From a virus (taxonomy: Duplodnaviria; Caudoviricetes): 64,000 nt of DNA. The DNA is taken from the IMG/VR virus record IMGVR_UViG_3300042507_004106; one strand, given 5' to 3'. Position 1 is the stretch's first letter. The number at the start of each line of letters is the position of its first letter. A model generated the notes under the pieces. It was not told the DNA's origin, did no database searches, and saw only the letters and a program-made list of their open reading frames with translations. This document shows, in pieces, positions 35,653 to 45,598 of this stretch. Made by a program: the position numbers and the translations under genes.

Positions 35653-36254
35653 TGAATATCGGGATACGCCTCCGAAACAATCTCCTTCGTAATCTTATAC
35701 TTTGTTTGAAGTTGCTTATCTTTTACAAGACAAATAATTTCTGCTTCAAGGGGATGAAGACCTTCAAGAATGGAAATAAACATCGATTCTCTACGAATAT
35801 TATTTAATCCATCATTTCCACCCTTGATGAAGTGATAGAAATTTTTATACTCTTTACGAATCGTAGTATGCCCTTGCTTATCACTTGCTCCCATAGAAAA
35901 AGATCCCGTTTCGTGCATTTTACGCACTTCTTCAGTAATCTTAGTAGTTAGAGTACCACTATAAGAAGTTTGATTTTCATAACCAGAATATGGAACAGGT
36001 CCATCTGGAAGCATGGAAATTACTGACTCATCAAAATTCCAAATGAAAAGAGCTTTTAATGAAGGATGCTCGTACTTCTTAAGTAATTCTACCTTTTTAG
36101 CATTTGATCTCTGCCTAGACACAAGATCAAGTACTTCAAAAGAAAAGGGATTGGAAGGTAGATTATCAACTACTGGGGCAGCAGTTTTTTTAGTAGTAGC
36201 AACTTTTGGTTTAGTTGCCGCTGTTGTCGTCTTCTTCTGTATCTTCGTAGTCAT
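35634..36254 (-). CDS. Conserved T4-like hypothetical protein (start revised to MTTKIQKK)
   Basis: LFIWNFDESV...LP.G.VPY...RRESMFISILEGLHP.EAE. Confidence 0.75.
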   Translation of the reverse strand: MTTKIQKKTTTAATKPKVATTKKTAAPVVDNLPSNPFSFEVLDLVSRQRSNAKKVELLKKYEHPSLKALFIWNFDESVISMLPDGPVPYSGYENQTSYSGTLTTKITEEVRKMHETGSFSMGASDKQGHTTIRKEYKNFYHFIKGGNDGLNNIRRESMFISILEGLHPLEAEIICLVKDKQLQTKYKITKEIVSEAYPDIQWGGRS

Positions 36255-36447
36255 AATAGTTCTCAAAGTTAAATGCAATCACCTCATCTGGAATCAGGTT
36301 TCCCTGCGAATCAAACATTTCGGGGTGAGGTCTTGGAATTTCCCGATAGTTCATCATGTATTCTCTTGCTACCCAACCAGTTACAAGTCCCACTATAAGA
36401 AACAAGACGGTTAAAAATGAACCGAAAACTAAGCTAACTGCGAGCAT
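36211..36447 (-). CDS. Hypothetical membrane protein
   Basis: N-terminal TM helix; HPEMFDSQGNLIPDEV motif. Confidence 0.7.
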   Translation of the reverse strand: MLAVSLVFGSFLTVLFLIVGLVTGWVAREYMMNYREIPRPHPEMFDSQGNLIPDEVIAFNFENYYDYEDTEEDDNSGN

Positions 36448-36649
36448 TTGTCTTTCTCCGGGAAACTACTTTTTTCTTCCTAGATTTAAAGGAAAATTCA
36501 AAATAGATAGTTACTTCCCGATTCAGAAAGCAAACTATCTTTTCAAAGATGATGTGAAATGGTTGAGTTTGCTTTCTTCTACCTCCAGTTAGGAGAATTT
36601 CAACACCACGGTTTCTGTGGTCTGATTTATTTATGTTCGTATCAGACAA
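36434..36649 (-). CDS. Hypothetical protein
   Basis: 71-aa ORF following glutaredoxin. Confidence 0.65.
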   Translation of the reverse strand: MSDTNINKSDHRNRGVEILLTGGRRKQTQPFHIIFEKIVCFLNREVTIYFEFSFKSRKKKVVSRRKTNARS

Positions 36650-36878
36650 TTTGTTTTTCTTTTAAAAATTTAACGGTATCAGTACATCCACCAAGTTTTT
36701 TATCATCACAGATGACCTGAGGAAATGTAGATCCTTCACCAAACTCGGCATAAAACTCATTTTTGGTAAAGTGTTCATCAAGATTATACACTACAAAGTT
36801 GCTTCCAGTCAACTCTAATACTTGTTTGACTTTATAGCAATATGGGCAATTTTCTTTTGAATATACAGTAAAGTTCAT
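36642..36878 (-). CDS. nrdC: Glutaredoxin
   Basis: CPYC active site; TFPQV; LGGCTD. Confidence 0.92.
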   Translation of the reverse strand: MNFTVYSKENCPYCYKVKQVLELTGSNFVVYNLDEHFTKNEFYAEFGEGSTFPQVICDDKKLGGCTDTVKFLKEKQIV

Positions 36879-36918
36879 AATTGTTCGATATATTTTAATA
36901 ATTTATAAAGTTTTACAA

Positions 36919-39882
36919 TTAGTTAACCCAAGAGGGAGTATCATCAGTGTCGAAAAAGAAAATGTGGAAAAGTCTAGAAGTTTCTTTTGTAAATCCAAAA
37001 TACTTTGAAGCGGCATGAGGGCAGTGACCGTCCCAAATAATCAATCTATTAAAAACATTTCCAACCTTGTCAATCTCATCCCAAGGAGTTCCATCCAGAT
37101 ACAAACCTGTCGGTGCAGTATCTTTCCAGGCATTCCAGATATTAGGATGACTACAATGACGAATTCCAGTTTTTTTATGGATTAATAAAGAAGTTCCAGT
37201 TTCATATGGTGCATCCGGAGTTAAGTATACCACAGCAGCCCACTGTTGAGCATCACCATGATAAACAATTGCATCCTCTGCAGTACAATATTGAAATCTA
37301 CCACACATACCATAAGTTTCCGTCCAGCGTGTGATTTTCTTTCCTAAAAGTTGTTCGAACTTTTCCTTTATTCCAGGAAATACATGTTGTTGTGGGGTTC
37401 TTCTTCCTCTATGATAGTCACTTTCTTCATACTCTAAACTAAGAGCATAGTCCCTTACAGAGTATGGATCTTCATAAAAATTTTCACAAACAATAATTGA
37501 AGTCTTTGGTTCTTTTGAAACTGAAAGTTTATAACCTGGAGTTTCTGGTAAGAAAAATTCCTTCATTCTTGGAGTTTCAATCATTATTTGAGGAAGATTT
37601 TTAATAGGATATTCCTTCAAAACATAATTCACATTTCCACAAGGAGGCGTAGATCCTGCAGTATAAATCTTTGATAGGTTTTCATTTTCATATCTAGAAT
37701 TAGATAAGAATGGAAGATTATCATTATAATGAGCAAAAGATTTTGCCTTAATAGATCTCCTTTTAGTATCACCCATCCAAGAGAAGTGCCATCCCATTTC
37801 ATCAATTGCTTTTCCATCGGAATTAATCATATAAAGAAGATAAAATTCAGAAGGAACTTCTTTATCAGACCTCATACGAATTGGTGTTGTCTTTTTAAAA
37901 ACTGACCTATTCGTGGCAAACATAGCCCAATGAACTGGATGACCAGTGTTCTTATCATATACTCTCAAATCTGCTCGACCTTCATGATAAGATAGTGGTA
38001 TTTTAACATATCCATTTGGATGATTCAAGAGAGTATTTTTAATATCCTTAATGTAAATTGGATCGATTATTTCATCATTATCACCATGAATGATCATACA
38101 ATCATCATCGTAATCATCTAATACCTCAAGAAGTGCATCTTTTTGCATTCTTTCTCTAACTCTTGCTCTCAAAGAGTTAATATCATCAACATTACCATCA
38201 TAACAATTTAAACGATCTATTTCTTCCACAACAAGATGTTCTTCATCGGGAATGTTAAGATCAATAATACGAATTTTTTCTTCTGGTAAGTTGTAATATC
38301 TTATTGCATCTCTAAGTCCTGGTTTAGTTGGAATTCCGCTATGAGTTTTATTTGATTCACAAATAATAAATTGATCAACATGATCTTTCAATAGATTAAC
38401 TCTCAAGTCTAAAAGTTCTCTACCAGTTTCATCAAAGTATGGGAAGTAATCAATAATTTTAATCATGGTTGTTAAATCTTTAATTGATTTCTTGCATCCC
38501 TTTTCTTTCCACCAATTAAGAGCAATTCCGTAAGACTCAAAGTGCCCTGGTTTTTGTTCTTCTTTATAAAAATCTGGATTGTTTAGAAAGAATGTAGCAG
38601 GAAAATTTACATCCTCCGCTAAGATAGGAAGAGTATAAACAGTTCCTAGTCCTCTCAGAAGCAAACTTTCTGCATAAGGATATTTGTGGAAGTCTGGGAA
38701 AAATTCATATCCTTTATAGTAATATGGTTCTGGATCTTGGATTCTCATGATAATTCTATCATGACGATAATAAGTATCTAAAAGTTTTTTAGCGTACTCT
38801 CTCTTCACTAAAAATGCTTGAATTCCCCAGAAGTACCATCTTCTTTTCTGAAGACGAATCAATTCCTCATGGAAAGTATCTCCAGTGTATGTTAACTGAA
38901 CACACTCCCAATCGCTTGGGAGATGCTCCATTAGATCTTCCCAAGTAAAGTTCCAATACTTTACTGGGTGTAGAGATAAATCATCTTCACAGAACAAAGC
39001 ATACTCTTCAGTGGTGTTATCATACCAATTTTTAATGTTCTTGAGATGGGCAACAAAAATAGATTTGTTTCCATCACAAGACTTATCCTCAAATCCTTCT
39101 TCAAATTCTAAAGTTTCTTTTACATCTCCAAATCTTTCAGAGATATGAAAACTGATTTTATCTTCTACACCATATTTTTTGAACTGGTTAACAAAGAACT
39201 CTCTTCTTTCTTTAGATTCTTCTAGACTTATGCAATGGATACTGGGAATACCTTGTAACTTATTCTCATCACTTAAATCGGATGGAAGTTGGAAGCACCA
39301 ATCATATTCGTGCAATGAATTTCTTTCAATGTATCCCATTTCAAGAAACATCTTTCGAATCTGATCTTTATGTTTTCCTAGATGCAAGTGTTCAAATTCA
39401 ACTCTTTTGATTTTATATTTTTTCCAATCAAAAGAAAGGAGTAGTTCAGCATCAATACCCTCAACATCTAATAGTAACCAATCAAGTTCTTCAATTTGAT
39501 ATTTTTCAAATAAATCTTCCATTGTAATACAAGGAACAGTGAAAGATTTAATTTCACCATCCTTAAGATATGGAACAAACTCCATATGCTTATAAATGTG
39601 TTCTATATTACAGGAAGCAATTCCATATTGGGGGGCATCATTAGTATGATAATAGATTGTTAATTCTTTATCAGAATTGTCTGGAACTTTTACTGCAATG
39701 TTTTCTATAATAGCGTTCTGATAATTTTTATAACACTCCTTTAGTTTTGGAATATGAATTGAATTTGCTTCAACAAATAAAGCAAACTCTAGATCTGGAC
39801 AGTTTTTCTTAAGATACCATGAAAGATCATCGTCTCCATAGTTAGCGCCTATCTGAACTACAGAACGAATTTTATTTTTCAT
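36919..39882 (-). CDS. Four-domain fusion: FkbM methyltransferase + GT25-like + GT17-like + 2OG-Fe(II) oxygenase-like (DUF6445-type)
   Basis: QIGAN...DWLLLDVEG (FkbM); CISLEES.ERR...FCEDD (GT25); FIICESNKTHSG.P...GWHFSWMG (GT17); NFYEDPY...HGD...AVVYLTPDAP...NVFNRLII...H...RLFHIFF (DSBH). Confidence 0.75.
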   Translation of the reverse strand: MKNKIRSVVQIGANYGDDDLSWYLKKNCPDLEFALFVEANSIHIPKLKECYKNYQNAIIENIAVKVPDNSDKELTIYYHTNDAPQYGIASCNIEHIYKHMEFVPYLKDGEIKSFTVPCITMEDLFEKYQIEELDWLLLDVEGIDAELLLSFDWKKYKIKRVEFEHLHLGKHKDQIRKMFLEMGYIERNSLHEYDWCFQLPSDLSDENKLQGIPSIHCISLEESKERREFFVNQFKKYGVEDKISFHISERFGDVKETLEFEEGFEDKSCDGNKSIFVAHLKNIKNWYDNTTEEYALFCEDDLSLHPVKYWNFTWEDLMEHLPSDWECVQLTYTGDTFHEELIRLQKRRWYFWGIQAFLVKREYAKKLLDTYYRHDRIIMRIQDPEPYYYKGYEFFPDFHKYPYAESLLLRGLGTVYTLPILAEDVNFPATFFLNNPDFYKEEQKPGHFESYGIALNWWKEKGCKKSIKDLTTMIKIIDYFPYFDETGRELLDLRVNLLKDHVDQFIICESNKTHSGIPTKPGLRDAIRYYNLPEEKIRIIDLNIPDEEHLVVEEIDRLNCYDGNVDDINSLRARVRERMQKDALLEVLDDYDDDCMIIHGDNDEIIDPIYIKDIKNTLLNHPNGYVKIPLSYHEGRADLRVYDKNTGHPVHWAMFATNRSVFKKTTPIRMRSDKEVPSEFYLLYMINSDGKAIDEMGWHFSWMGDTKRRSIKAKSFAHYNDNLPFLSNSRYENENLSKIYTAGSTPPCGNVNYVLKEYPIKNLPQIMIETPRMKEFFLPETPGYKLSVSKEPKTSIIVCENFYEDPYSVRDYALSLEYEESDYHRGRRTPQQHVFPGIKEKFEQLLGKKITRWTETYGMCGRFQYCTAEDAIVYHGDAQQWAAVVYLTPDAPYETGTSLLIHKKTGIRHCSHPNIWNAWKDTAPTGLYLDGTPWDEIDKVGNVFNRLIIWDGHCPHAASKYFGFTKETSRLFHIFFFDTDDTPSWVN

Positions 39883-42002
39883 ACAGGTTTTACTCCATTT
39901 TCACAGAAGCGACACATATCAAAACATGATTGTGGTTTTGGTGCTATCTCTTCATAAGATTGTTCAAAAAGATTTCCAATAATAAATTTCAAACTATAGT
40001 CCATACAGCACAGAGAAACATCTCCATTAGGTAGCATAATGTTATGATACAGATGCTCATCACATCCACAAGTTCTTGGTTCTTCACCGTGATATATTGA
40101 TTTGTATTCTTGTTGAAGGTTGAGAAGTTCTGGTTTTAACATTGCTTCCCCAACCAAATTACCTGCCCTAGACCAGAATGCTGGGACAACTGCTTCTGGG
40201 AACAGATGTTTGACCTCATCATGAACAGTACCCATCGCCATAGTATAGAATCCTTGAATTTCATGATGAACTTCTTTAAATGCTTCAATGACTTCAATAT
40301 AGTTTTTGGTGATAGGATGCTTTGCTCGTCTTTCATTATCTGGAAGATGAAGAACAAATCTACCATTAGGGCCTAGATCGTAAGGAATGTTTTTAATTTG
40401 ATATACATCTTCCACTTTCATTCCAATACCAGTAGTAAACACTGCAATTGGATGTCCCTTCTCATGAGCGTACAGAAGCATGTCTGTACAATCTTTATTC
40501 AACCATGGTTCTGTAAATCCAGCAAAAGTTACTCTTACATTTTGTGGAAGTTTATCTACCGCTCTCTTAAAATTGTCTAAGGTAAGATACCTTTCCTCAT
40601 CAACATAAGATCTCTCAAGAATTCTTTGGGGGCAGTATACACAATCAACTACACACCCTTTCTTTGGAATTGATGTAGTAAACTCCATAGTTGGCCAAGG
40701 AGTCATGTCCCAAAATTTTTCTTTTTCAGGAACAATCTCCCCACAAAGCATATATTTACCAGCATTCTTTACAGAATCATCTGTTGCTTTCATAACATCA
40801 ACGATATATCCATCAACAAGATCTGGATGAACCCACCAGTCTTCAAAGGCAGACTCATCATCTTCAGCAACATTTGTTACCACAAGTTGATATCCCATCT
40901 TAGTAAGATACTCTCTTGACTTATCTTTATAAGACTCCGATACATCAACATAATGATCATGCTCATAAGTGATTACTCTAAACTTATACTCATCAAAAGG
41001 AATTGAAAGTAATGCCTCATAAGTATTTGCCGATGGTTCAATATCAAGTTGCAAGTAATCAATAATTGTTTCAGATCCAAAATATTCTTTAATTAGTCTT
41101 GAATAATTGATCAATAAAGCATTCGCATGTAAGACATTTGTGTTAGGTCTATGTTGCTTATAATCATTCGCACAAATTTCATTAAACTCAATTGATACAC
41201 CTTTCCAACCAAAATCACTTTCCAACAATGCGGTATTGTTTTTATGGTATGGGAATCCTCCACCAATCTCAATAAAAGTTCCCTCTCTCTTTCCATTTAA
41301 GATTGAGAGAATAAACATATCTTGAAACACCTGAGAGTGATTATTCTTGATGTTTTCAGATCCATTAAATTTAAATCTCAAATCTTTATGATCAGTAGAG
41401 ACATAAGTTCTAAACTTATAGTTTGAACCATGAGCACCTAAAGAACTTAGTTTTTCTTGTAAATAATTTCTATGGTCTTCAGTCATGAGAGAAGAATACT
41501 CCTTTTTAAGTTTGAAAAACAATTTACGGGATTCGTCACACAATCCACAAGGATACGCCGCTTCTGCCTTTCCCATCACAAGAGAATAAAATCCAGGATA
41601 CTCAACATCTATATCCAAAGGTTCTTGATTGCCTTTACAAATACCTTCTCCAATAGAAAAGAGTAAGTATGCTTCATGATGGTTTGATTCTTTTAAGTAA
41701 AAATTACCTAGCAGATAATATGCTTCTGGTCTTTCTGGATAAGTTGTAAGAGCATTTTGCAGAAGACTTTTTACTGTAAAGTTTCTAGTCCCCTGAGACT
41801 TAAAACAATTTGCAGCAGATAATAAACACTGATATTGCATTCTTTTATCATCACTTCTTTCAGCGGTTCTAAGATAATAAGAAAGTGCTGATGCTGTTTG
41901 ACCTATGGAATGGTAATGAACAGCAAGATTAAAATTATTGATTGGATCCTCTGGATCATCTATAAACTTATACAATAACTCATTCAAAGAATAATCAGTC
42001 AT
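39879..42002 (-). CDS. Fusion: TPR + FkbM-like methyltransferase + radical SAM/SPASM
   Basis: TPR helices; FIEIGGG...IDYLQLDIEP; CVVDCVYC; AGFTEP; NGDVSLCCMD...MCRFC. Confidence 0.78.
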   Translation of the reverse strand: MTDYSLNELLYKFIDDPEDPINNFNLAVHYHSIGQTASALSYYLRTAERSDDKRMQYQCLLSAANCFKSQGTRNFTVKSLLQNALTTYPERPEAYYLLGNFYLKESNHHEAYLLFSIGEGICKGNQEPLDIDVEYPGFYSLVMGKAEAAYPCGLCDESRKLFFKLKKEYSSLMTEDHRNYLQEKLSSLGAHGSNYKFRTYVSTDHKDLRFKFNGSENIKNNHSQVFQDMFILSILNGKREGTFIEIGGGFPYHKNNTALLESDFGWKGVSIEFNEICANDYKQHRPNTNVLHANALLINYSRLIKEYFGSETIIDYLQLDIEPSANTYEALLSIPFDEYKFRVITYEHDHYVDVSESYKDKSREYLTKMGYQLVVTNVAEDDESAFEDWWVHPDLVDGYIVDVMKATDDSVKNAGKYMLCGEIVPEKEKFWDMTPWPTMEFTTSIPKKGCVVDCVYCPQRILERSYVDEERYLTLDNFKRAVDKLPQNVRVTFAGFTEPWLNKDCTDMLLYAHEKGHPIAVFTTGIGMKVEDVYQIKNIPYDLGPNGRFVLHLPDNERRAKHPITKNYIEVIEAFKEVHHEIQGFYTMAMGTVHDEVKHLFPEAVVPAFWSRAGNLVGEAMLKPELLNLQQEYKSIYHGEEPRTCGCDEHLYHNIMLPNGDVSLCCMDYSLKFIIGNLFEQSYEEIAPKPQSCFDMCRFCENGVKPV

Positions 42003-42966
42003 TCAGAAACTCCTCAATTAAACTCTCAGGAAACTTAAGTAAATATGCAGCATTATCTTGAAATCCAAAGGTCATCAAAAAATCATTTCCTTTCTGTGCA
42101 AGTCCAATACAAAACTCTACGTGCCCAGACATTAAAGAAAATTCGTTTGACCAAGTTATCATATTCCAATTTTTATCCCAAATAATAATTCTATGATAAT
42201 AAACAGCATCCTTCCTTCCTACTTCACTATTAAAAAGATCTACCTCATGAGTTATTGCTAAGTAATGATCTCTCCAAGGAATAACCTGAGAACCTCCTCT
42301 TAGATCTCTAGGAAGTTCGTTCCACTGACCTAAAGAAATAGTTTTAGATTGCCCTGTTTCTGGATTTATTTCTACAACTTCCGTAGGATTACTCCATTTC
42401 ACATAAACATTTGGTCTGTCTAGGACAGGCATCCAGTTCTTTTCACAATAAGAATTTGGATCGTTTGGTGGTTGAATTCTGACTCTAGAAACTTCAGTAA
42501 CAGTATCTTCATCAACTACAATCTCACACAATTCCATTCTTCCAGTTCCAATCGTATCAAGATCTCTACGAACACCAGAAGTATATAGTTTACCATTCCA
42601 CCTGAAGATTCTAGCATCTTCAAGTCCAACAAATTCCCAGAGTTCTTTATCCGGGAATCTAGATGTATCAATTTTATTATACCTTACAATATTATAATTA
42701 TCATCAAGTTCACAATAATAGTTGTGAGTTCTTAGATGCATATCATTTTCGGGGTGAACATAAGTCAATGGTCCCCACTGATGCTGAAATAATTTTTTCT
42801 CAGAATGATAAAAAGTATAATTTACATGACGAATAATTACCATAGTCTTATCCCCATCCGTAAAAATAGATGGATTCATAATTCCAGTTCCATTCGTATG
42901 TTCCGATGGAATTATCAATGGGTGAATTGATCCACCCATTTCAATCGCTCTTTTTACAAAATTCAT
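41995..42966 (-). CDS. Five-bladed beta-propeller glycosidase/phosphorylase-like protein
   Basis: MNPSIF, GLEDARIF, CEKNWMP, LRGGSQ, VEFCIGL...FG.QD pattern. Confidence 0.65.
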   Translation of the reverse strand: MNFVKRAIEMGGSIHPLIIPSEHTNGTGIMNPSIFTDGDKTMVIIRHVNYTFYHSEKKLFQHQWGPLTYVHPENDMHLRTHNYYCELDDNYNIVRYNKIDTSRFPDKELWEFVGLEDARIFRWNGKLYTSGVRRDLDTIGTGRMELCEIVVDEDTVTEVSRVRIQPPNDPNSYCEKNWMPVLDRPNVYVKWSNPTEVVEINPETGQSKTISLGQWNELPRDLRGGSQVIPWRDHYLAITHEVDLFNSEVGRKDAVYYHRIIIWDKNWNMITWSNEFSLMSGHVEFCIGLAQKGNDFLMTFGFQDNAAYLLKFPESLIEEFLND

Positions 42967-43012
42967 ATTTTTTAGAATATTGGTTCAATTATAATAAATT
43001 TATACCCAAAAG

Positions 43013-43381
43013 TCAATGGTATATTTTTTCTTCTCTATATTCAGAATTACACAACTCATTTATCTCTCTTTTGATTCTTGCTCTCTCATCATTTGTTTTG
43101 TAAACACTTCTCGCAAGTTCAATAAATTCATCATCAAACTCTTGCAACTTCTCTTTCTCTCTGAGTCTATCTTCTACTTTCCAAAGTTTTTCATTCACTT
43201 CTCTGAGTTTAACTTCATGTTCCAAAGTATATTGAGTCAGAGTGCTTTTAATTAGATTTAGTTCTTCTAACTCTTTGGTAACATATTCACTATTAGTAAA
43301 TAAAGATTTAATTTGGAGAATTGTAATTTTATCAATCAATTCTCCTACCGATACTGGTGTCGTAATTTTCATTTTGGACAA
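43013..43381 (-). CDS. DUF6165-like protein
   Basis: PVSVGELIDKITILQIK...VNEKLWKVED...F..LARSVY.TND.R..IK..IN...S..REEK.Y. Confidence 0.8.
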   Translation of the reverse strand: MSKMKITTPVSVGELIDKITILQIKSLFTNSEYVTKELEELNLIKSTLTQYTLEHEVKLREVNEKLWKVEDRLREKEKLQEFDDEFIELARSVYKTNDERARIKREINELCNSEYREEKIYH

Positions 43382-44901
43382 TTGGTTTGAATATAATTCA
43401 GCAAAACTTCATTCTTACAAATAACTCCCAAACCAAAAGAGTGATCAATGTTAAACTTAGGAAGATCAATTTCTTCAAAGAACTTCTTCACCCCATACAC
43501 TTTACCATCATGAGTTTCAACAGAAGTATCATGAAGAAGGACAACGCCATCATCACTTAGAAACTTACTCCAGGTTTCAAAATCTTTTTTCACATCTTCA
43601 TAATGGTGACTACCATCAATGTGAAGAATATCAATTTTCTTATCCCAAGTTTTTGCTACTTCATCAAAGGTTCCTTCAATAAAAGTTATATTATCTTGAA
43701 GATGCAGTTTCTCTCTCTTCATTGTTACAAATGTGTATTTTGTTTTATCTTTATCAAGTCCAATAAAGTCATCACCGACAAAGTTATCTACACCGTACAC
43801 ATGCCCGATTCTTGGAAGGGAAAATGAGAAGGTAGAGTAACCATAATCAACGCCAAGATCAACAACAATCTGTGGGTTAACAAACCTTACCAACCACTCA
43901 GCAAAGTTTCTATGGCCTCTCCAAGCAGTTGCTGGAGTGTCGTCAAGGTTGGTTAAGAAAAGTTTATCAATAGCATCTGTCCTTTCTTTAATTCCCAGAG
44001 TTTCTTGAGCAAATCCAGAAGCAAAGACAATAATGTTTGGATTTCTTACCAGTTTACCAATTTCAAGTAGATGAGTAAATGCTTTACCCATACTATCACC
44101 ACCCATGTTCATTGCTTCACTTACAGCATGGAAAGCATAGTTTGATGCTTGTTGAACATTTCTAAGTTGAACTAAAGCAATACTACTCATAATAAACACA
44201 TCAACTCTAGTAGGATCAAAATATGCCCTAGAAGAATTCAAATACTCTTGTCCGAGTTCCAGTGCCTTTTCAAGATTCTTAACTTCAAAATAATGCTTAA
44301 AGATAAACCAGAGATAATAAGTATTTGACTTATCCTTTTCATATTCCCTTTCGCAAATTGAAAGATAGAACAGTTGCTTGTCTACACTTGGTTGAATACT
44401 TTTTGTAATTTTAATTGTAGTATCAACCACAACTTCGTTCAGATGTTCCTCTGTTGGAATAAACATTGGAGTTTCATGAACTGCATTTACCCAAGTATAG
44501 TTTTTAGTTCTATGAAAACGAACATGAGCAGTCTGCCCCAAAGTTGGTTCTTGATCTCCTACCTTATCATATCGTTCATGTCTAAATGCAGTGAACTCCC
44601 CAGCAATTACATCAAGACCCTCTGGAAAAAATTCATCGAGATCTTCATTAAAATCAAGAGAGAATGCCCAATCAGTTTTTACATAAGAAAGTGCTTGATT
44701 TCTTGCTTTAGAGAAATCAAATTCCTCTCTAGTTTGTGGATGTTCATAAACTTCAACACCCGCTGCTTTAAGTAATTCTACTGTCTTGTCTGTACTTCCA
44801 GTATCAATTACTACTGTATTTGTAAACTTCTTAGAGATTTCAATAAATCTCTCAACATTTTTTTCTTCGTTTTTGGCGATTGCGTATAGTGTAATGTTCA
44901 T
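43369..44901 (-). CDS. GT2 glycosyltransferase + TPR + class I SAM methyltransferase
   Basis: IAKNEE...DTGSTD.T...FSKARN...LDFNE; VDLGVDYGYS...IDILHIDGSHHYE.VK.D...LHD. Confidence 0.8.
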   Translation of the reverse strand: MNITLYAIAKNEEKNVERFIEISKKFTNTVVIDTGSTDKTVELLKAAGVEVYEHPQTREEFDFSKARNQALSYVKTDWAFSLDFNEDLDEFFPEGLDVIAGEFTAFRHERYDKVGDQEPTLGQTAHVRFHRTKNYTWVNAVHETPMFIPTEEHLNEVVVDTTIKITKSIQPSVDKQLFYLSICEREYEKDKSNTYYLWFIFKHYFEVKNLEKALELGQEYLNSSRAYFDPTRVDVFIMSSIALVQLRNVQQASNYAFHAVSEAMNMGGDSMGKAFTHLLEIGKLVRNPNIIVFASGFAQETLGIKERTDAIDKLFLTNLDDTPATAWRGHRNFAEWLVRFVNPQIVVDLGVDYGYSTFSFSLPRIGHVYGVDNFVGDDFIGLDKDKTKYTFVTMKREKLHLQDNITFIEGTFDEVAKTWDKKIDILHIDGSHHYEDVKKDFETWSKFLSDDGVVLLHDTSVETHDGKVYGVKKFFEEIDLPKFNIDHSFGLGVICKNEVLLNYIQTNCPK

Positions 44902-44914
44902 AATTTTAATTATT

Positions 44915-45598
44915 TTAATTTAGATGTTTTGATTTTATAGAAGGACCCCAATCATTATAAGGATTTATATAAGTTTGATAAAAGTCATAACCACCACGAA
45001 TAAAATTCAATGAAGATATTGATAATGCAATCAAAATTAGTTTTTGAATAATACTTATTTGTTTTTTGACTTCATTATCAGTTTTAATTCTATCTATGAT
45101 ACTTTTTTGATGGAGTTTGGGCAACTCAATATTAGTATCTTTTTTTTCGGTATAAGTCCAGGTGCTAGTTTCAAAATCATATTCTGCAAGATTTGTATGC
45201 TCAAAATCATTCATAATAGGAGCACAAATATATGAAACTTCTTTATCAATATGAGAAATACTTAAATCAATAAGAATTGGAATTTCTGTTTCAGTGACGC
45301 ACACAATATGAGTTTGCATCATTTTTTCAGGACTATAATTATTTTGATTAAATCCAGGATATCCCATCAAATACATTCCTGGAGGTTTTTTAAGTGTAAC
45401 CATTAAACTACACTCAACCAATTTTGATTTAATTCCTTCTTTATGTAAGAGTTTAAGTACTATATCACTCATACTTAAACAATATCCAGAACCTGCTTCA
45501 ACCATTCCAGATTGATATAAATTATCTACTACTGATTTAATTTTAATATAATAATCAGTTGTTATGATTGGATAATTTTTCATAATTATTTTTCCCAA
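44915..45598 (-). CDS. Hypothetical protein with possible Cys-His-Asp (transglutaminase/papain-like) triad and C-terminal TM helix
   Basis: GYCLSMS ... THIVC ... IDLS. Confidence 0.5.
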   Translation of the reverse strand: MGKIIMKNYPIITTDYYIKIKSVVDNLYQSGMVEAGSGYCLSMSDIVLKLLHKEGIKSKLVECSLMVTLKKPPGMYLMGYPGFNQNNYSPEKMMQTHIVCVTETEIPILIDLSISHIDKEVSYICAPIMNDFEHTNLAEYDFETSTWTYTEKKDTNIELPKLHQKSIIDRIKTDNEVKKQISIIQKLILIALSISSLNFIRGGYDFYQTYINPYNDWGPSIKSKHLN

